A model generated the notes under the pieces. That model did no database searches and was not told the origin of the DNA. It saw nothing but the letters and a program-made list of their open reading frames with translations. A stretch of 64,000 nucleotides of DNA from positions 14,322,001 to 14,386,000 of the forward strand of contig NC_135254.1 in the NCBI RefSeq assembly GCF_964204865.1, read 5' to 3'. This DNA is from Styela clava. Its lineage: Eukaryota. Below are positions 62,650 through 64,000 of this stretch, piece by piece. The position numbers and the translations under genes are program-made. Position 1 is the stretch's first letter. Every line of letters starts with the position of its first letter.

Positions 62650-64000
62650 ATGACTGAAATATTATGCAACTGGTTGAATAATGATGTGAAACTTTCAAAA
62701 AAGATTGACAAAAGCAACATCGCTCGGGACTTCTCGACTGGGTATTTGTTTGGTGAAATCTTCAATCATTTTCTTCTTCAAGATGATTTTGGATCATTTT
62801 CTGCGGGGCAGTCATCGAACGCAAAGCTTAATAACTTCATACAGCTGGAACCAACGTTTAACTTGTTGGAAATCCCATTCGATGCCAATATTGCTTATGA
62901 TGTTATGACACAAAAGTATGGGGTCGCTACAAGACTTCTTTATCAAATGTTTATTAGTTTGCAAAGAAAAGAGAAAAATAATCTAACTGGTGCTGCGATG
63001 CAAACAATGCGACCATCAGCTCCTGTTAAATTAGAAATGATTGAAAGTGGATTATATAAAGAACGACTCAAAACACTTATTCCGAGAGAAAGTGATTTGA
63101 CTTTGCATCAAGTATCATCTAAATTCGAACGGAAAAGAAATGAAAATGAGAAGAGAGCAATTGCCCAAAAATATAAGCAACACATGGAGTATGAAGCTAT
63201 TAAACAAGAGCAACGTAAAATGGCTTTGGAAAAATCACGACTATCTCGATTGCAACAAACTGAGCTGTTAGCAAAAATACAAGCAGCTACAGTTCATATT
63301 CCTAAGCCACCTCCTTCCAAAACACTACAAGCAATAAAACACCGACAAGAAGTAAGAAGAAAAAGAGAAGCTGAGTCAACACACTTTTCTATCAGAAGCT
63401 TTGAAGACAACCTAAAAAAGTTGGTTGCTCCTGCTGCAGCAGCGCAATCTGGTGATGCAATTGATGAAGAGATTGTAGGAGGATCTGGTGGATTCGAATA
63501 TCTTGATAGAATCAAGACTCGGCTTTCTGAAGAACGTTCGGCAAGAGAAGAACGTGCAAAACGGCGACGAAAAGTTCTTGTGGATCAAATGAAAGCCCAT
63601 CATGCACAAGAGGAAGCGCATAGGCAGGAGCAAATTGTTCAAAGGCTCATGCGCCAGTCACAAATGGAACGACGTGTTGCTGTGCAGTTAATGCAAGTAC
63701 GTTCAGAGAAAGATAACATCAGGAAAAATCGTATTTTCCGAGAAAAGCAATATGAGGAAAGAAGATTAAAAGATTTTCAAGATGCTTTAGATTTGGAGGC
63801 AAAACTGGCCAAACTTGCTAGAGAGGAATATGAGGAAAATGCTGCACAAGAGAAAGAATTGCATAATAGAAACATGGCAAGGAAAAGACAAGAGCGTTAT
63901 AAAAAACATTATGATGTCTGTAAGAACATTTTGTCTGGTATAATTGATTTTTCAAGTAAAATCATAGAGTATCGAGACCTAACAGAGAAGAAAGTCCCGG
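62650..64000 (+). CDS. SPEF2: Sperm flagellar protein 2, 5' part (about 450 uninterrupted codons, continues beyond the window)
   Basis: MTEILCNWLNNDVKLSK...FSTGYLFGEI...LQDDF...AKLNNFIQLEPT...GVATRLLYQMFISLQRK matches the SPEF2 N-terminal CH domain, followed by coiled coil. Confidence 0.92.
   Translation, partial: MTEILCNWLNNDVKLSKKIDKSNIARDFSTGYLFGEIFNHFLLQDDFGSFSAGQSSNAKLNNFIQLEPTFNLLEIPFDANIAYDVMTQKYGVATRLLYQMFISLQRKEKNNLTGAAMQTMRPSAPVKLEMIESGLYKERLKTLIPRESDLTLHQVSSKFERKRNENEKRAIAQKYKQHMEYEAIKQEQRKMALEKSRLSRLQQTELLAKIQAATVHIPKPPPSKTLQAIKHRQEVRRKREAESTHFSIRSFEDNLKKLVAPAAAAQSGDAIDEEIVGGSGGFEYLDRIKTRLSEERSAREERAKRRRKVLVDQMKAHHAQEEAHRQEQIVQRLMRQSQMERRVAVQLMQVRSEKDNIRKNRIFREKQYEERRLKDFQDALDLEAKLAKLAREEYEENAAQEKELHNRNMARKRQERYKKHYDVCKNILSGIIDFSSKIIEYRDLTEKKVP

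Overview
Eukaryotic, AT-rich, gene-dense animal genomic DNA with GT-AG introns. The compact architecture and chordate-like proteins suggest an ascidian or tunicate (inference). Twelve recognisable genes in order: SKIV2L (5' part, -), ERH (-), MGAT1 (-), UTP4 (-), TIMM9 (+), EARS2 (+), GORAB (-), REV1 (-), a five-finger C2H2 gene (-), MPC2 (-), SNX3/12 (-) and SPEF2 (5' part, +; absent from the ORF track because it runs off the window). Between GORAB and REV1 lies a 4-exon gene (35971-37527, +, 335 aa) that the ORF track fragments. It combines a pogo/Tc5 CENP-B-type helix-turn-helix with basic NLS-like motifs, a DSGVSS degron-like motif and an acidic tail, and has no DDE domain. This candidate transposase-derived transcription factor is the most novel element here. 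Several same-strand gene runs look like trans-spliced operons. Introns and intergenic DNA carry one abundant tRNA-derived SINE family, many hAT, TcMar and Harbinger-type MITEs (some nested), a Helentron-type non-autonomous element and an L1/Tx1 fragment. All calls were made by eye, without database searches.
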